From Chiloscyllium plagiosum (taxonomy: Eukaryota): DNA of 37,795 nt. Positions 1 through 10,695 of this stretch are shown here, piece after piece (the stretch's first letter is position 1; every line of letters starts with the position of its first letter). The stretch lies in the NCBI RefSeq assembly GCF_004010195.1, contig NC_057760.1, forward strand, positions 1,003,909-1,041,703, in the 5' to 3' direction. Below the pieces are notes generated by a model. It made no database searches and was not told where the DNA came from. It saw only the letters and a program-made list of their open reading frames with translations. The position numbers and the translations under genes were made by a program.

Positions 1-1559
1 TGGAACTAATGACCCGCTTTCAAGACAGTGAAAAAAAAAGATCAATCAGGGGCAGCTTTCACCGTTGATTGGTCGAGAACAATGCAACATCTGGCAGGAG
101 GGTGGGAAAAAACCATATCAACCTTTCAATGGCCTGAAGTTTCAAAATACAAGAAAAAGGTTCTGAAGTTGCTGATCCAGGTAGAAAACCACAAATTAAC
201 TCAACACACCCAACAAGCAAGAGATTTCTCCACCTTCAGTAGACTGTCCATTGTGTCAAAAGCCCAAATCCACCATTCGTTGACGGTAAAACTTTCAGAA
301 GCTTTAAAAGCATGTGATGAGAGAACTGAAACCAACGTTTTCATTTTTGCTTTGGAACTGCAGGCAGACTCGATCCTCGCTGCCAACATAGTGCTGATAT
401 TCAAAGGACGATTGTGTGTGCAAACACCGGAGGGTGAGGTGAAGCCTGAAAATGGCCCACTGTTCACATGAGACACATTCTGGGGATCCGCTGTAGCAGC
501 AAGTCTAATCCATCACCACAATCCGGGGTTGCACATGCGGCTTTAGCCAGTTCAAAGGAGGCCAGCAACGATTGTGCTGCCTCCACGACTATCTTGATGG
601 GAAATGCTCTCAATGCTTTTACCTTTTTCAGCTGGAGTCATGCAAGATGTTCAAGAAATCCCTTTGGTTCAAACTACTCCACACACCATGTTGCAGCCCT
701 TTTTTTTTGTCAAGTTCTTTTTCTCAAAAGAAATTTTTTAAAAATAAAAATTATGAATGGCAATTTACATCTTAACGAAAACAGCAAAAGATCAATCTTT
801 TATCTCCCAGCAATATTCTTTACAGACACTCAACCCCAGTGAAGTATCATGCCTATTTCTTACTGAACAGGCAAGGTCGTAAGCATTTCTTTTCAGCAAC
901 TTTCTGCACATTCACCAGATCGGACTCGCTCCATTATTTTCTCTCCCCAAACCCACAGTCACCCAGGTTAGCTAACTTTTAAGCCGCTCATCAGCCCATT
1001 TTTAGTATGACTCTTTTTTTCTGAACTGCCACTTCTTTCGGCTGCTTACTAAAGCTCCAAGTTAATAACTGGTAACAACTGCCCAGGTTACTTTCATCAT
1101 TTCTGAGATATGTGAAAGGCCCCCCTTATATAAACTGAACTCAAAGTGGCAGAGAATGAAAGGGAAAGGTGGAGACTATCCAGTTCAGGAAAGCTATCAA
1201 TAATCAGGAGTATTCAACCAAACATACTACAAAGGATTTGGCACAACAAAAATATTGAGAAGGAAAGTTGCACATAGCAAGGGCAAGTAACTAGGAGAGC
1301 ACCGATGAATATCAAGGCCAGGTGAATGACGAGTACAGGTAGTGATAAATAGAAGGGCCCAGTGTTGAGGAACCCAAGTGGCATGAAAGTAGAATCAACG
1401 TGCAAGTCATCAATTTGAGAGACGTTGATTAAAAAGATTGCAGAGTAACTGAGATTGCCATGAGCAAGCCTTCTTTTGAAACTTATAATGTTCATCTGTA
1501 ACCAAGCGTATGATGTAGATGACTCATCCATCGTCTGTATTCTACGCAATACTCGATAG

Positions 1560-1820
1560 GGAGGTAGTGGCACACTCGAAATGTCACTGAACCAGCAATC
1601 CAGAGGCAATACTCTGGGTGGGAGTTAAAATTCCACTACGGCAGCTGGTGCAAGTTCCACTGAACTACAAAGTGGGTCTCGGTGATGGTGACCATGACAA
1701 CCATTACCAACTGCCATAAAAACCCATCTAGATCACTGATGCTCTTTGGGAAAGTCCTCATTCCAGATCCACAGTCATGTTCTCAATCCTTAACTGTGCT
1801 CTGAAATGTTCTAGCGTGCC
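1560..1820 (+). mobile_element. Degenerate tRNA-derived SINE (cartilaginous-fish type)
   Basis: Motifs ggtgaccatgacaacc...aaaaacccatctagatcactgatg and tccagatccacag...cttaactg recur in reverse at 6150-6360, 20290-20560 and 22450-22740. Confidence 0.5.
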
Positions 1821-2544
1821 TCTCAGTACAAGTAGAGCTTTTGGTTATCTTTTCTTCTGTGTAAATAACGTGCATTCTTTTGTGCAAAGTACATCGACAG
1901 CTTCACGTGAATATGTTCAGTCCACCATAGCCTACTCACAGTTTCATCAAAGCAGGTGCCAATCTGGAATTCAAGCTGCCCAGTGTTACCATCAGTTAGG
2001 ATCATAAGTGGCAGGAAAAGTGGCTTCAAAATCAAATGGGAGTAGAGTAGGCTGCAGTCGTAGGGTGCAGCAAGAATTTGGAAGGACTCTTACAACGGTA
2101 GGCTTTGAAATGGCTCCCACACCACCCACGACCCAGTTTTAAACTTTCTATCATGCCAGGAAGACATTCGCCCCCCCCCACCAAAACAACTAATAAAAGG
2201 GTACCCTCATCACCATGTGCAAGAGCTCTTGCAGCTCTACAATGCTCCGATCTCTGCAATCCTCAAACCCTGGTCTCTTCGCCCATCAGTAGCCATTCCT
2301 TAAGCCATCTCGGCCCTGAGCTCCGGAATTCCCCCACAAAACCTCCTCTCTCTCCAACATCTCTTTAAAGCCTAAGCATCCAGTCATCTATCCTGGGGCC
2401 TCCCCAGTTTAGGGAGATATCAACTGTTATCTATGATTCATACCCAAAGTTTAGAAACTTTATATGTATTAATTTCATACACACTGCCTGTAATTATTAA
2501 CAGGCAAGTAAGGAGTGTGCTGGAGGATACCCTACTTGCCTGGG

Positions 2545-2975
2545 TAGGTGCAGCTCCAACACCATCATCCAGGCTCGCTTGACTGGCATCACACCCACTA
2601 TGTTTTGATATTCATTCTGTCCACCACCAATACAGTGACATCAGCAAGCATTATCTGTACGCGACGCAATGCAGCAATTCACCAAGGTTCCTCAAACAGC
2701 ATTGTCCAAACCGGTAGTGTCTGCCCCCTAGAAGGGCAAAGACAGCTCATGTACAGAAACACCACTGGCAAGTTAGCCCCTTAACTACATACCATCCTGA
2801 CTAGGAAACATATTGGGCGTTTCTAAAGTGTCACTGAACTTCCCTCTCTAACAGCATTGTGGGTGTCCTTACACCACATTGACTCCAAGGCTCAGGAAGG
2901 CTGCTCACCACCTCCTTAGAATTAGAAATGACCAACAAATGCAGGCCTAGGCAGTGATGCTTTCATCCTATGAAT
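2545..2975 (+). mobile_element. Old LINE (CR1/L2-group) 3' end
   Basis: gcagctccaac...caccactggcaagtt...aacagcattgtgggtgt...aaggctgctcaccacc; homologous pieces at 5840-6140, 7780-7880 and 8025-8170. Confidence 0.55.
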
Positions 2976-3824
2976 GTTTTTTTTTAAAATGAACAGCTCT
3001 TCTACAAAACAAAAAGCATAATAAGTCTTTTCCTAAGACAAACACTAAAAGCAGAAGAACATCTCATACGAAGAAAAAGATTGCTGAAGGAGTTTTGCCC
3101 TTCACAGTATATTACACTTGACATGCCATGCTAAAATAAGTTAAAAATATCTTTTTCAAAGCTATGAAAAAGGAAACCCAGAAAAATCAAACCATTCTAA
3201 CACACACCTCATCCTCTTAACTCCCTCGAGCTGCACAAGGGGAAATTCACACAATTATAAATATCTGATGCAAATCTCCAATGTTATTTTTTTGTTGAAA
3301 GTTGTCAACATTCACATCACATAGGAACAGCAATAGGCCATTCAGCCCCTCAAGTATGTTCCACCATTCAGTGAGATCATGGCTGATTGTGGTCTAACTC
3401 CATATATCTGCCTTTGGCTTGAATCCCTAAATACCTTTGTTTAACAAGAATATATCTACGGCAGATTTAAAATTAATAACTGATCCAGCATTCACTGCCA
3501 GTGGAAGACAGTTCCAAACCCACTGCACGTAGAAATGCTTCCTAACATCTCCCCCGAGTGCTCTGGTCTTAAACTTTTTTAAGATTATACCCCCTAGTTC
3601 TGGAATCCCTTACCAGTGGAAATTGTTCATCTTTATCTACTCAGTCTTTTCCTGTTAATATCTTGAAGACTTTGATCAGATCACCTTCTAAATTCCAGTG
3701 AAAATAGGCCTAATGTATAACCTCTCCTTATAATTTAACTCCTGAATGTTCAAAGTTTGGGAGAAGATTTGTAGCTCGGGTGCTCGTTGTTGTGGTTCTG
3801 TTCGCCGAGCTGGGAATTTGTGTT

Positions 3825-3864
3825 GCTGACGTTTCGTCCCCTGTCTAGGTGACATCCTCAGTGC
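3825..3864 (-). ncRNA. Minimal type-I hammerhead ribozyme motif (stem I mismatch)
   Basis: Minus strand reads gca-CUGAGGA-u-GUCaCCU-agac-AGGgGAC-GAAA-CG-UC-agc. Confidence 0.6.
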
Positions 3865-3929
3865 TTGGGAGCCTCCTGTGAAGCGCTTCTGTGATGTTTC
3901 CTCCGGCATTTGTAGTGGTTTGAATCTGC

Positions 3930-4542
3930 NNNNNNNNNNNNNNNNNNNNNNNNNNNNNNNNNNNNNNNNNNNNNNNNNNNNNNNNNNNNNNNNNNNNNNN
4001 NNNNNNNNNNNNNNNNNNNNNNNNNNNNNNNNNNNNNNNNNNNNNNNNNNNNNNNNNNNNNNNNNNNNNNNNNNNNNNNNNNNNNNNNNNNNNNNNNNNN
4101 NNNNNNNNNNNNNNNNNNNNNNNNNNNNNNNNNNNNNNNNNNNNNNNNNNNNNNNNNNNNNNNNNNNNNNNNNNNNNNNNNNNNNNNNNNNNNNNNNNNN
4201 NNNNNNNNNNNNNNNNNNNNNNNNNNNNNNNNNNNNNNNNNNNNNNNNNNNNNNNNNNNNNNNNNNNNNNNNNNNNNNNNNNNNNNNNNNNNNNNNNNNN
4301 NNNNNNNNNNNNNNNNNNNNNNNNNNNNNNNNNNNNNNNNNNNNNNNNNNNNNNNNNNNNNNNNNNNNNNNNNNNNNNNNNNNNNNNNNNNNNNNNNNNN
4401 NNNNNNNNNNNNNNNNNNNNNNNNNNNNNNNNNNNNNNNNNNNNNNNNNNNNNNNNNNNNNNNNNNNNNNNNNNNNNNNNNNNNNNNNNNNNNNNNNNNN
4501 NNNNNNNNNNNNNNNNNNNNNNNNNNNNNNNNNNNNNNNNNN
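3930..4542. other. Assembly gap (613 N)
   Basis: Run of n. Confidence 1.
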
Positions 4543-4619
4543 CAACCAGAAGCGGCAGAGACAAACCACTATAAACGCCGGAGGAAACATCACAGAAGCA
4601 CTTCACAGGAGGCTCCCAA

Positions 4620-4659
4620 GCACTGAGGATGTCACCTGGACAGGGGACGAAACGTCTGC
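4620..4659 (+). ncRNA. Minimal type-I hammerhead ribozyme motif
   Basis: gca-CUGAGGA-u-GUCaCCU-ggac-AGGgGAC-GAAA-CG-UC-ugc; stem I GCA/UGC, palindromic ACGU stem III, predicted cut after 4656. Confidence 0.7.
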
Positions 4660-4939
4660 AACACAAATTCCCAGCTCGGCGAACAGAACCACAACAACTC
4701 CTGAATTCCAGGTATCATTCCTACATTGTACTCCCTCCAAGACTAATATATCCTTCCTAAGGTGTGGTGGTCAGGTCTGCTCACAGCACTCCAAGTGCAA
4801 AGTACAATAACAATCACAATCCTCTATATCCGGCTTGAAGGAGAGGAGTCAGGTTGGAACAAGCTGGAAACAGAACAAGTGCAACACTTCCCATTGACTG
4901 CTTTCTCTTCCTCATGCTCCCACCATCTTAGTCTTTCAA

Positions 4940-5200
4940 CTCATAAGAACAGGACCATTCGGTCTCTCTCACCTTTCAGTAGGATTGAATGATGCTCCAC
5001 CTCTGATAATTTCCCCATCAGCTCCCACATCCTTTGATTCACACAAATATTTACCAATTTGTTTACCCTGAGACTGTCATGAGTTCTAGACTCTTCAGAC
5101 TAGGAAGAAACAGCCTCTCAGCATCTATCGTGTCAATCCCTCTAAGAATCAAATTGCAATCACTTCTTAGTTTTCTGAACTCTAGAAGCACTGGTCGGTT
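4940..5200 (-). mobile_element. Degenerate CR1 3' fragment
   Basis: cataagaacaggaccattc...gaaacagcctctcagcatctatcgtgtcaatccctctaagaatc is antisense CR1 tail. Confidence 0.55.
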
Positions 5201-5329
5201 CTGCTCTCTGACTGGGCTCATGTTCCATGGAAGTCAGACAGCCTTTTAGTATTCCAGCCAAATGCCTGCCTTATGGTGCCATCACCCCATGGTGGGCATC
5301 ACAGAGGACAAGATTCACTCACCAGCAAC

Positions 5330-5600
5330 AGACAGTGAATGGCAATCTGCAACAGCCATTGCTGATTAATCCTCCTCTTGGCCTGGAGGTGGCACACAAA
5401 AATGCCAGAGTTTTTTTTTTTGTCTTACACAGATCAGAACAGAATTGCCAGACTAAATGGTATCCGACGGCAACTCCTTACGGAGAGTCTACTTGCCCAA
5501 CCAATCAGCATCTCCTTCTCATGCACTATAAATTGCTTCTCTTGGCATTCTTGCAATCCTGTCCTGGTGAGTATAAGGGCAAAAAAGTTTGGCTTTTGCT
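5330..5600 (+). mobile_element. Old PLE pLTR relic (CCAAT, TATA, decayed hammerhead)
   Basis: caaccaatcagc...tataaattg...gtcCTGGTGAgtataagggcAAAA; homologous to 33050-33200 on the minus strand. Confidence 0.5.
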
Positions 5601-5614
5601 TTAATGTGCTGTCA

Positions 5615-5780
5615 AAATAGGAGGAGCAGGCCATTCAGCCCATTGAGCACGCTCTGCATTCAGTGGGATCATTTAGTAGAACTCAGTACCCTGCTCCCCC
5701 CCCCACAAGCTTTGATCCCTTTAGCCCCAACTATACACAACTCCTTCTTGAAAATATTCAATGCTTTGGCCTCAACCAAT
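5615..5780 (-). mobile_element. CR1 3' tail fragment
   Basis: aataggaggagcaggccattcagccc...ccttcttgaaaatattcaatgctttggcctcaacc. Confidence 0.55.
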
Positions 5781-5839
5781 TTAAGTTTCTACGGGGCCAC
5801 CTCCTCATTTTCCTAAATTCCAGAGAATATTGTCCTAAT

Positions 5840-6140
5840 CACCTCTTATTCACATTCGTTCATTCCCTCCACTACCAAAGCATGGTGACAAGTAGTGTAC
5901 ACGCATCCACAAGATGCACTGCAGCCATTCACCCAGGCTCCTTCAAAAACACCTTCCAAACCTGCAATCTTCACATCCTACAAGGAGGGATGCAAAACTA
6001 AGGAACATTACCACCTGCAAGTTCAAGAGACACGTCGTCCTCACTTGGAACAACAGCACTCCTTCACTTTCACTGCTCAAAATCCTGAGTCTCCTCACCA
6101 GCACTGTGGGTGCCCCTGCACCACATGGTCTGCAGCAGTT
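5840..6140 (+). mobile_element. Old LINE 3' fragment (family of 2545-2975)
   Basis: cattccctccactacc...aagatgcactgcagc...accacctgcaagttc...cagcactgtgggtg. Confidence 0.55.
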
Positions 6141-6149
6141 TTTATTTAA

Positions 6150-6360
6150 TATTCATGCACGGGATGAGGGTGTCACAGTCTAGGCCAGTATTTGTTGCCC
6201 AACCCTAATTGCCCAAGGGCAGTTAAGAGGTTGCTGTGGGTCTGGGAGTCACACATAGGCCAAACCAAGTACAGATGGCAGTTTCCTTCCCTGAAGGACA
6301 TTAGTGAACCAGATGGGCTTTTCCCAACAATCAACAATGGATTCATGGCCATTAATTCCA
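6150..6360 (-). mobile_element. SINE 3' portion (family of 1560-1820)
   Basis: ggccagtatttgttgccc...tttccttccctgaaggacattagtgaaccagatggg. Confidence 0.55.
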
Positions 6361-6509
6361 TATTATTAAATTGGTTTCAGGTAGGTAATTCTTTGAAATT
6401 CGCATCACATATACATGGTTAAGGAGGTGCTTAGCACGCTTGCCTTCGTTGCTCAGACCTTTGAGTATATATTGAGGTTATAGAGGATGTTGGTGAGGTC
6501 TCTTCTGGA

Positions 6510-6837
6510 TGGAAATGTGTTGCTGGAAAAGCGCAGCAGGTCAGGCAGCATCTCTGATCTCCAGCATCTGCAGACCTCACTTTCTCCTCAAAGATTTCAA
6601 CCTACTGCGAATCCTCTTACAAGGATGCCTTCCTTGAAGAAGCTCTCTTTCTCCCTCTACAAAGGTTTCAGTGAGTCCCTCTCTCACTGCACCCCCCAGG
6701 TCATCTCCTCTGCACAGAAGCTCTTCAGCCACATTCTCAAACAGAAGTTCCCTAGATGCTGCCTGACCTGCTGCGCTTTTCCAGCAACACATTTCCATCT
6801 CTGATCTCCAGCATCTGCAGACCTCACTTTCTCCTCA
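6510..6837. mobile_element. Young rearranged PLE insertion with 15-bp TSD
   Basis: TSD gaggtctcttctgga at 6495-6509 and 6838-6852. The start (about 6510-6552) is the inverse of about 6755-6798. ctctgatctccagcatctgcagacctcactttctcctc occurs twice. Confidence 0.75.
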
Positions 6838-7236
6838 GAGGTCTCTTCTGGAGTAATGTGTCCAGTTCTGGTCACCCTGTTATAGGAAGGATATCATTAA
6901 ACCAGACAGGGCTCAGAAGAGATTTGCCATAATGTTACCAGGAAGGGAGGGGTTGAGTTATAAGGAGAGGCTGGAACCTTTCTACACTGGAGCATAGAAG
7001 GTTAAGTGCTGACCTTATAGAGGTTTATAAAATCATGAGAGTTATAGATAAGGTGAATGGCAGGTGTCTTTTCCCTCAGGGTGGGGGATTTCAAGACTAG
7101 AGGTGAAAGGAAAAAGACCTAAAAAGGACATGAGGGGCAATCTTATTTTAAACCAAAGTGGTCTGTGTATGGAATGAACTTCCTGAGTAAGTGGTGGATG
7201 TGAGTACAGTTACAATGTTTAAGAGACATTTGGATG

Positions 7237-7545
7237 AGAACATAGAACAGTACAGCACAGAACAGGCCCTTCAGCCCACAATGTTGTACCGACCAGTGAT
7301 CCTCATATATGCACCCTCAAATGTCTGTGACCATATGCATGTCCAGCAGTCTCTTAAATGTCCCCAATGACCTTGCTTCCACAACTGCTGCTGGCAACGC
7401 ATTCCATGCTCTCACAGCTCTCTGTAAAGAACCCGCCTCTGACATCCCCTCTATACTTTCCTCCAACCAGCTTAAAACTATGCCCCTCGTGTTAGCCATT
7501 TCTGCCCTGGGAAATAGACTCTGGCTATCGACTCTATCTATCTAT
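7237..7545 (-). mobile_element. CR1-group LINE 3' end nested in the + strand CR1
   Basis: agaacatagaacagtacagcacagaacaggcccttcagccc; minus-strand peptide RAVRAWNALPAAVVEARSLGTFKRLLD is a CR1 ORF2 C-terminal motif. Confidence 0.8.
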
Positions 7546-8229
7546 CTAGAAGAAGTAATGTTTTGAAGCACAGGCAGTAGGACAAGTTTAGTGTAGAACT
7601 ATGATCGACATAGACTGGTTGGACCGAAGGGTCTCTTTCCATGCTTTATGTCTCTATGACTGTAATTCACATTCCACCATCTGCCAGAGGAAGTTTTGAA
7701 TCCAGGTCCCCATAACAATACCTGGGTCTCTGAATTTTTCAATACAGCGATAATACCACTAGGCCACTGCCTACTCAATTCAAGAAGGCAGCTCACCACT
7801 ACTGTCTCAAGGGAGACACGGGGACAGGCAAGAGCCTGCACATTGTGGTGAGCAATACCAGCCTTATCAGCATTCACATTTTTGTGAAATATTAATCAAA
7901 ATGTTGAAAAATATTGATGGCACTTCACAGAAACGTAATAAGTCAAATATACATTGAGCCAAAGCAGGAACCATTAGGATGGAGTAACACCTTGGTCAGA
8001 GAGTTGTGTTTTAAAGGAAGATTACTCTCTCCACCACCGACAGAGTCAGGGCAATGTGTACCATCTACCAGATTCACTGGAACGACTACCAAGGCTCCTT
8101 CAACAGTACCTTCCAACTCATCACTTAGAAGGACAAGGGAAGCAGATACACAGGAACATCGCCCTCTCCGGGTGGCTAGTGACGAAATCACGAGCAAATG
8201 TAGAGACGGCTGGTGGGGAACACTCCAAA

Positions 8230-8450
8230 TGGCTGGAGACAGAGGACCATAGAAGCTCTCAGGAGGGAGAAGTTACAATGATAGGGACTAGGTGGGAGAC
8301 AGACAGACAGGTAAGATATAAAATCGAGGATCTGGATTTTCGAAACCAGGCTTTGCTCGACTAGGAGTCAACACGGATCAAGTGGGCATAAGGAAGACAG
8401 AGGAACAGCAATTGCCATATCAGGATACAGAGCAGCAGAGTTCTGGATCA
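8230..8450 (-). mobile_element. Highly decayed L2-type LINE fragment
   Basis: Ends in gcagcagagttctggatca (minus strand IQNSAA, as in L2 ORF2); similar decay at 31670-31830. Confidence 0.35.
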
Positions 8451-8879
8451 GTGGGACTAAAGCATTAGTTAGCAGAATTGAAAACCCTGGGACAAACATT
8501 CACTCGGCCACTAACTTTGAAAATTACACATCTTCACTTGCTCTTCACAGTAAGCCCTTAAAAAGGATTAAACTCAACATAATAATATTTCCTTAGTTGG
8601 GTGGAGATGATTAATTTTAATACTGCCCAAAGTGAAGAATGACAAAAAATGCTAAGATTTTTGCACCAATGAACACTCTTTGAACCAATGCTGGGAAGTA
8701 CATAGATCTGGGAATGGGACAGAATTACAGGAGGCTCAATCTCCCTTGCTGAAGTCCTTGTTTAATGAGTGCTGCCAGTCTATATCTAGTCACGAATTAT
8801 TGGCATGTAAATCACATCCGGACGGCAGATGTTCTGCATGGAACTGCACCCAGCAATAGTTAGAGCAGTTACTCTGTTG

Positions 8880-9400
8880 TCCAGTGCCCTAACCTACAAG
8901 CCGCTGTCACCCGATTGGAAGATGATGCCTTCTCAAGGTCAAGAGCTTTTGCTGTGAATCTCCAGATGAACAAACTGGCCAATTCTCAACCTGCAGGGCA
9001 GGTCTTTAGCCACATGTGGCAGTACGCCTCTGGAGGTAGATGGATCTGGACAGCAGGACATCAATTTGTGCTGCAGCTCCCTGGACAGGCTGTCACCATT
9101 CTAGATGACCAAGGCAAGACCCCCCTCTAGCCTCAATGCTGTCACTCTTCAGAGTGCTTGTGAAGCATTTTCTTTGCCCTCCACCGGACTGCAAGTCTTC
9201 GGAGAGTTGAGGAAAGGGGGGCCCATCGCATCCAGACACAGCACCTTGTCCATTACAGTTGATTTTTACAACAGATTTGCTGAATGCTTGTGGAGCTGCC
9301 TTCATGCAGCGTTTGACCATCAGTCCTGTCAAATCCCACTGAAGGATACAGCACAGATACTGATGGAATTTCTCCAGAACCAGTGTGTCTGGGTCTCGCT
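8880..9400 (-). mobile_element. Degenerate RTE-clade LINE ORF C-terminus
   Basis: Minus-strand peptides LEKFHQYLCCIL and GGGQRKCFTSTLK resemble RTE LERFHQRCLRRIL and GGQRKRFKDTLK. Confidence 0.6.
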
Positions 9401-9723
9401 GAATGGCACGGCAGGATTGATGGGCTTTTTGGTCTAGTCTTGTCTTTTCTAACATAGCATAGTAGTATGATGAAAACAACCACGCCACACTCAGGTGTAG
9501 ATGAAAGAAAAGGCTGCTCAGCACCTCTGGCCATTTGACAGTGGCCTCTAACTTTCCCATCTCCCTATGTACCCTTCAACTTCCTAATCAAACAATAGTC
9601 CATCTGACTTAACCCTTAACATATTCAATGACCCAGCTTCCAAATGACCTCCAGGGAACAGAATTCCACAGATTCACAAATCTCAAACTAAAGCAATTTT
9701 CATCTCTGCCCTAAAATGGAAGA

Positions 9724-9840
9724 TGCTGAAAAATGTGTTGCTGGAAAAGTGCAGCAGGTCAGGCAGCATCCAAGGAGGAGAGTCGACGTTTCGGGCATAA
9801 GCCCTTCTTCAAGAAGACCGCTGAAGACTCTGAAACCACT
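9724..9840 (-). mobile_element. Short PLE pLTR fragment with hammerhead motif (C3>U)
   Basis: aaatgtgttgctggaaaag...gacgtttcgggcataagcccttcttcaag; near-TSD cctaaa(a)tggaaga at about 9710-9723 and 9841-9853. Confidence 0.7.
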
Positions 9841-10026
9841 CCTAAATGGAAGACCCCAAGTTCCCTAGTTCCAAATCTCTCCCATAAGGGGAAGCCTCCA
9901 CCTGTGAGTCCATCAAGAATCTTGAGTGTTTCAATAAGGTCACCTCTCATTCATCTAAACTCCAATAGCCACAGACCCAGCTTATCCAACCTGTCCTAAA
10001 ATGGTAAACTTTGTCATCCCAGTAAT

Positions 10027-10136
10027 GAAAGCTTATGCCCGAAAAGTTAATTCTCCTGCTCCTCGGATGCTGCATGACCTGCTGTGCTTTTCCAGCACCA
10101 CATTCTCGAATCGAATCTCCAGTTCTCACTTTCTCC
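10027..10136 (+). mobile_element. Short PLE pLTR fragment, opposite orientation
   Basis: gcttatgcccgaaa...gatgctgcatgacctgctgtgcttttccagc; TSD catcccagtaat (10015-10026) versus cattccagtaat (10137-10148). Confidence 0.7.
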
Positions 10137-10334
10137 CATTCCAGTAATCAGACAAGTGATCCATTTTCAATGCTATTATATCCTTTCTTATATAAAGATA
10201 TAAAACTGTACACTGTACTCCTGATGGAGTCTTACTAATCCTCTGTATAACTGTAGCAAAACGTCCCTACTTTTATATTCTAAGCCCCTTCAAAAAAAAA
10301 CAACATTCAATTTGCCTAATTAAAAACAAAATAC

Positions 10335-10470
10335 TTTGGAGCTGGAAATCTGATTAAAACAGAAGTGCTGGAGAAACTCAGTAGGTCTGATGGCATTTAA
10401 GTAGAGAGAAACAGAGTTAATTTGAATCCAAAATTACTTATTTGCAACTGAAAGGGGCTGGAAAAATGGC
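10335..10470. mobile_element. Old PLE pLTR fragment (family of 16288-16455)
   Basis: gctggaaatctga...cagaagtgctggagaaactcagtaggtctg...gagagaaacagagttaa. Confidence 0.45.
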
Positions 10471-10489
10471 AAGTTTTATGCTGTAGACA

Positions 10490-10695
10490 GAGCAAAGTCA
10501 GCATGGCCCTAGCAGATAAACAGCGAGAGTCAGAGGGAGACTGGTGGGGGTTTAACCAGAGGGTCATCACCCCTTAAGCAAGAGGAAGAGATTGAGAAGG
10601 TGGAACCTTCATGGTACCCTGAGCTGAGAACTGTAACCGCTGGTATCACTCTGCATCGCAAACCAGCCACCCAGCCAACTGAGCTAACCAACCCC
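10490..10695 (-). mobile_element. tRNA-headed SINE
   Basis: Minus strand begins ggttagctcagttggctgg (A-box-like); second copy at 34745-34955. Confidence 0.55.

Larger units (their letters stand above)
3748..4695. mobile_element. Penelope-like element with inverted terminal (pLTR) arms; interior is an assembly gap
   Basis: About 3787-3929 is nearly the reverse complement of about 4555-4698. An 11-bp TSD aactcctgaat sits at 3737-3747 and 4696-4706. Both arms contain a hammerhead core. Confidence 0.8.
3318..4800 (-). mobile_element. CR1-type LINE 3' fragment split by a PLE insertion at 3748-4695
   Basis: Antisense CR1 tail ataggaacagcaataggccattcagcccc; CR1 sequence resumes after the duplicated aactcctgaat at 4696. 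Confidence 0.7.
6418..7660 (+). mobile_element. CR1 LINE ORF2 C-terminus and 3' tail, interrupted twice (6510-6837, 7237-7545)
   Basis: Decayed LYRMLVRSLLE and VQFWSPCYRKDIIK-type CR1 motifs; tail ttggaccgaagggtctctttccatgctttatgtctctatgact. Confidence 0.75.
9480..10320 (-). mobile_element. CR1 LINE 3' fragment carrying two PLE insertions
   Basis: gaattccacagattcacaa; minus-strand RMRGDLIETLKIL motif at about 9915-9955. Confidence 0.7.

Noticed and set aside
28..842. Plus-strand ORFs of 147 and 124 aa
   Set aside because: No recognisable domain, a GTG start for the first, and no convincing exon boundaries; probably chance ORFs.
3688..4810. The three longest ORFs (273-310 aa)
   Set aside because: They are open only because they run through the N gap; the flanks are pLTR sequence.
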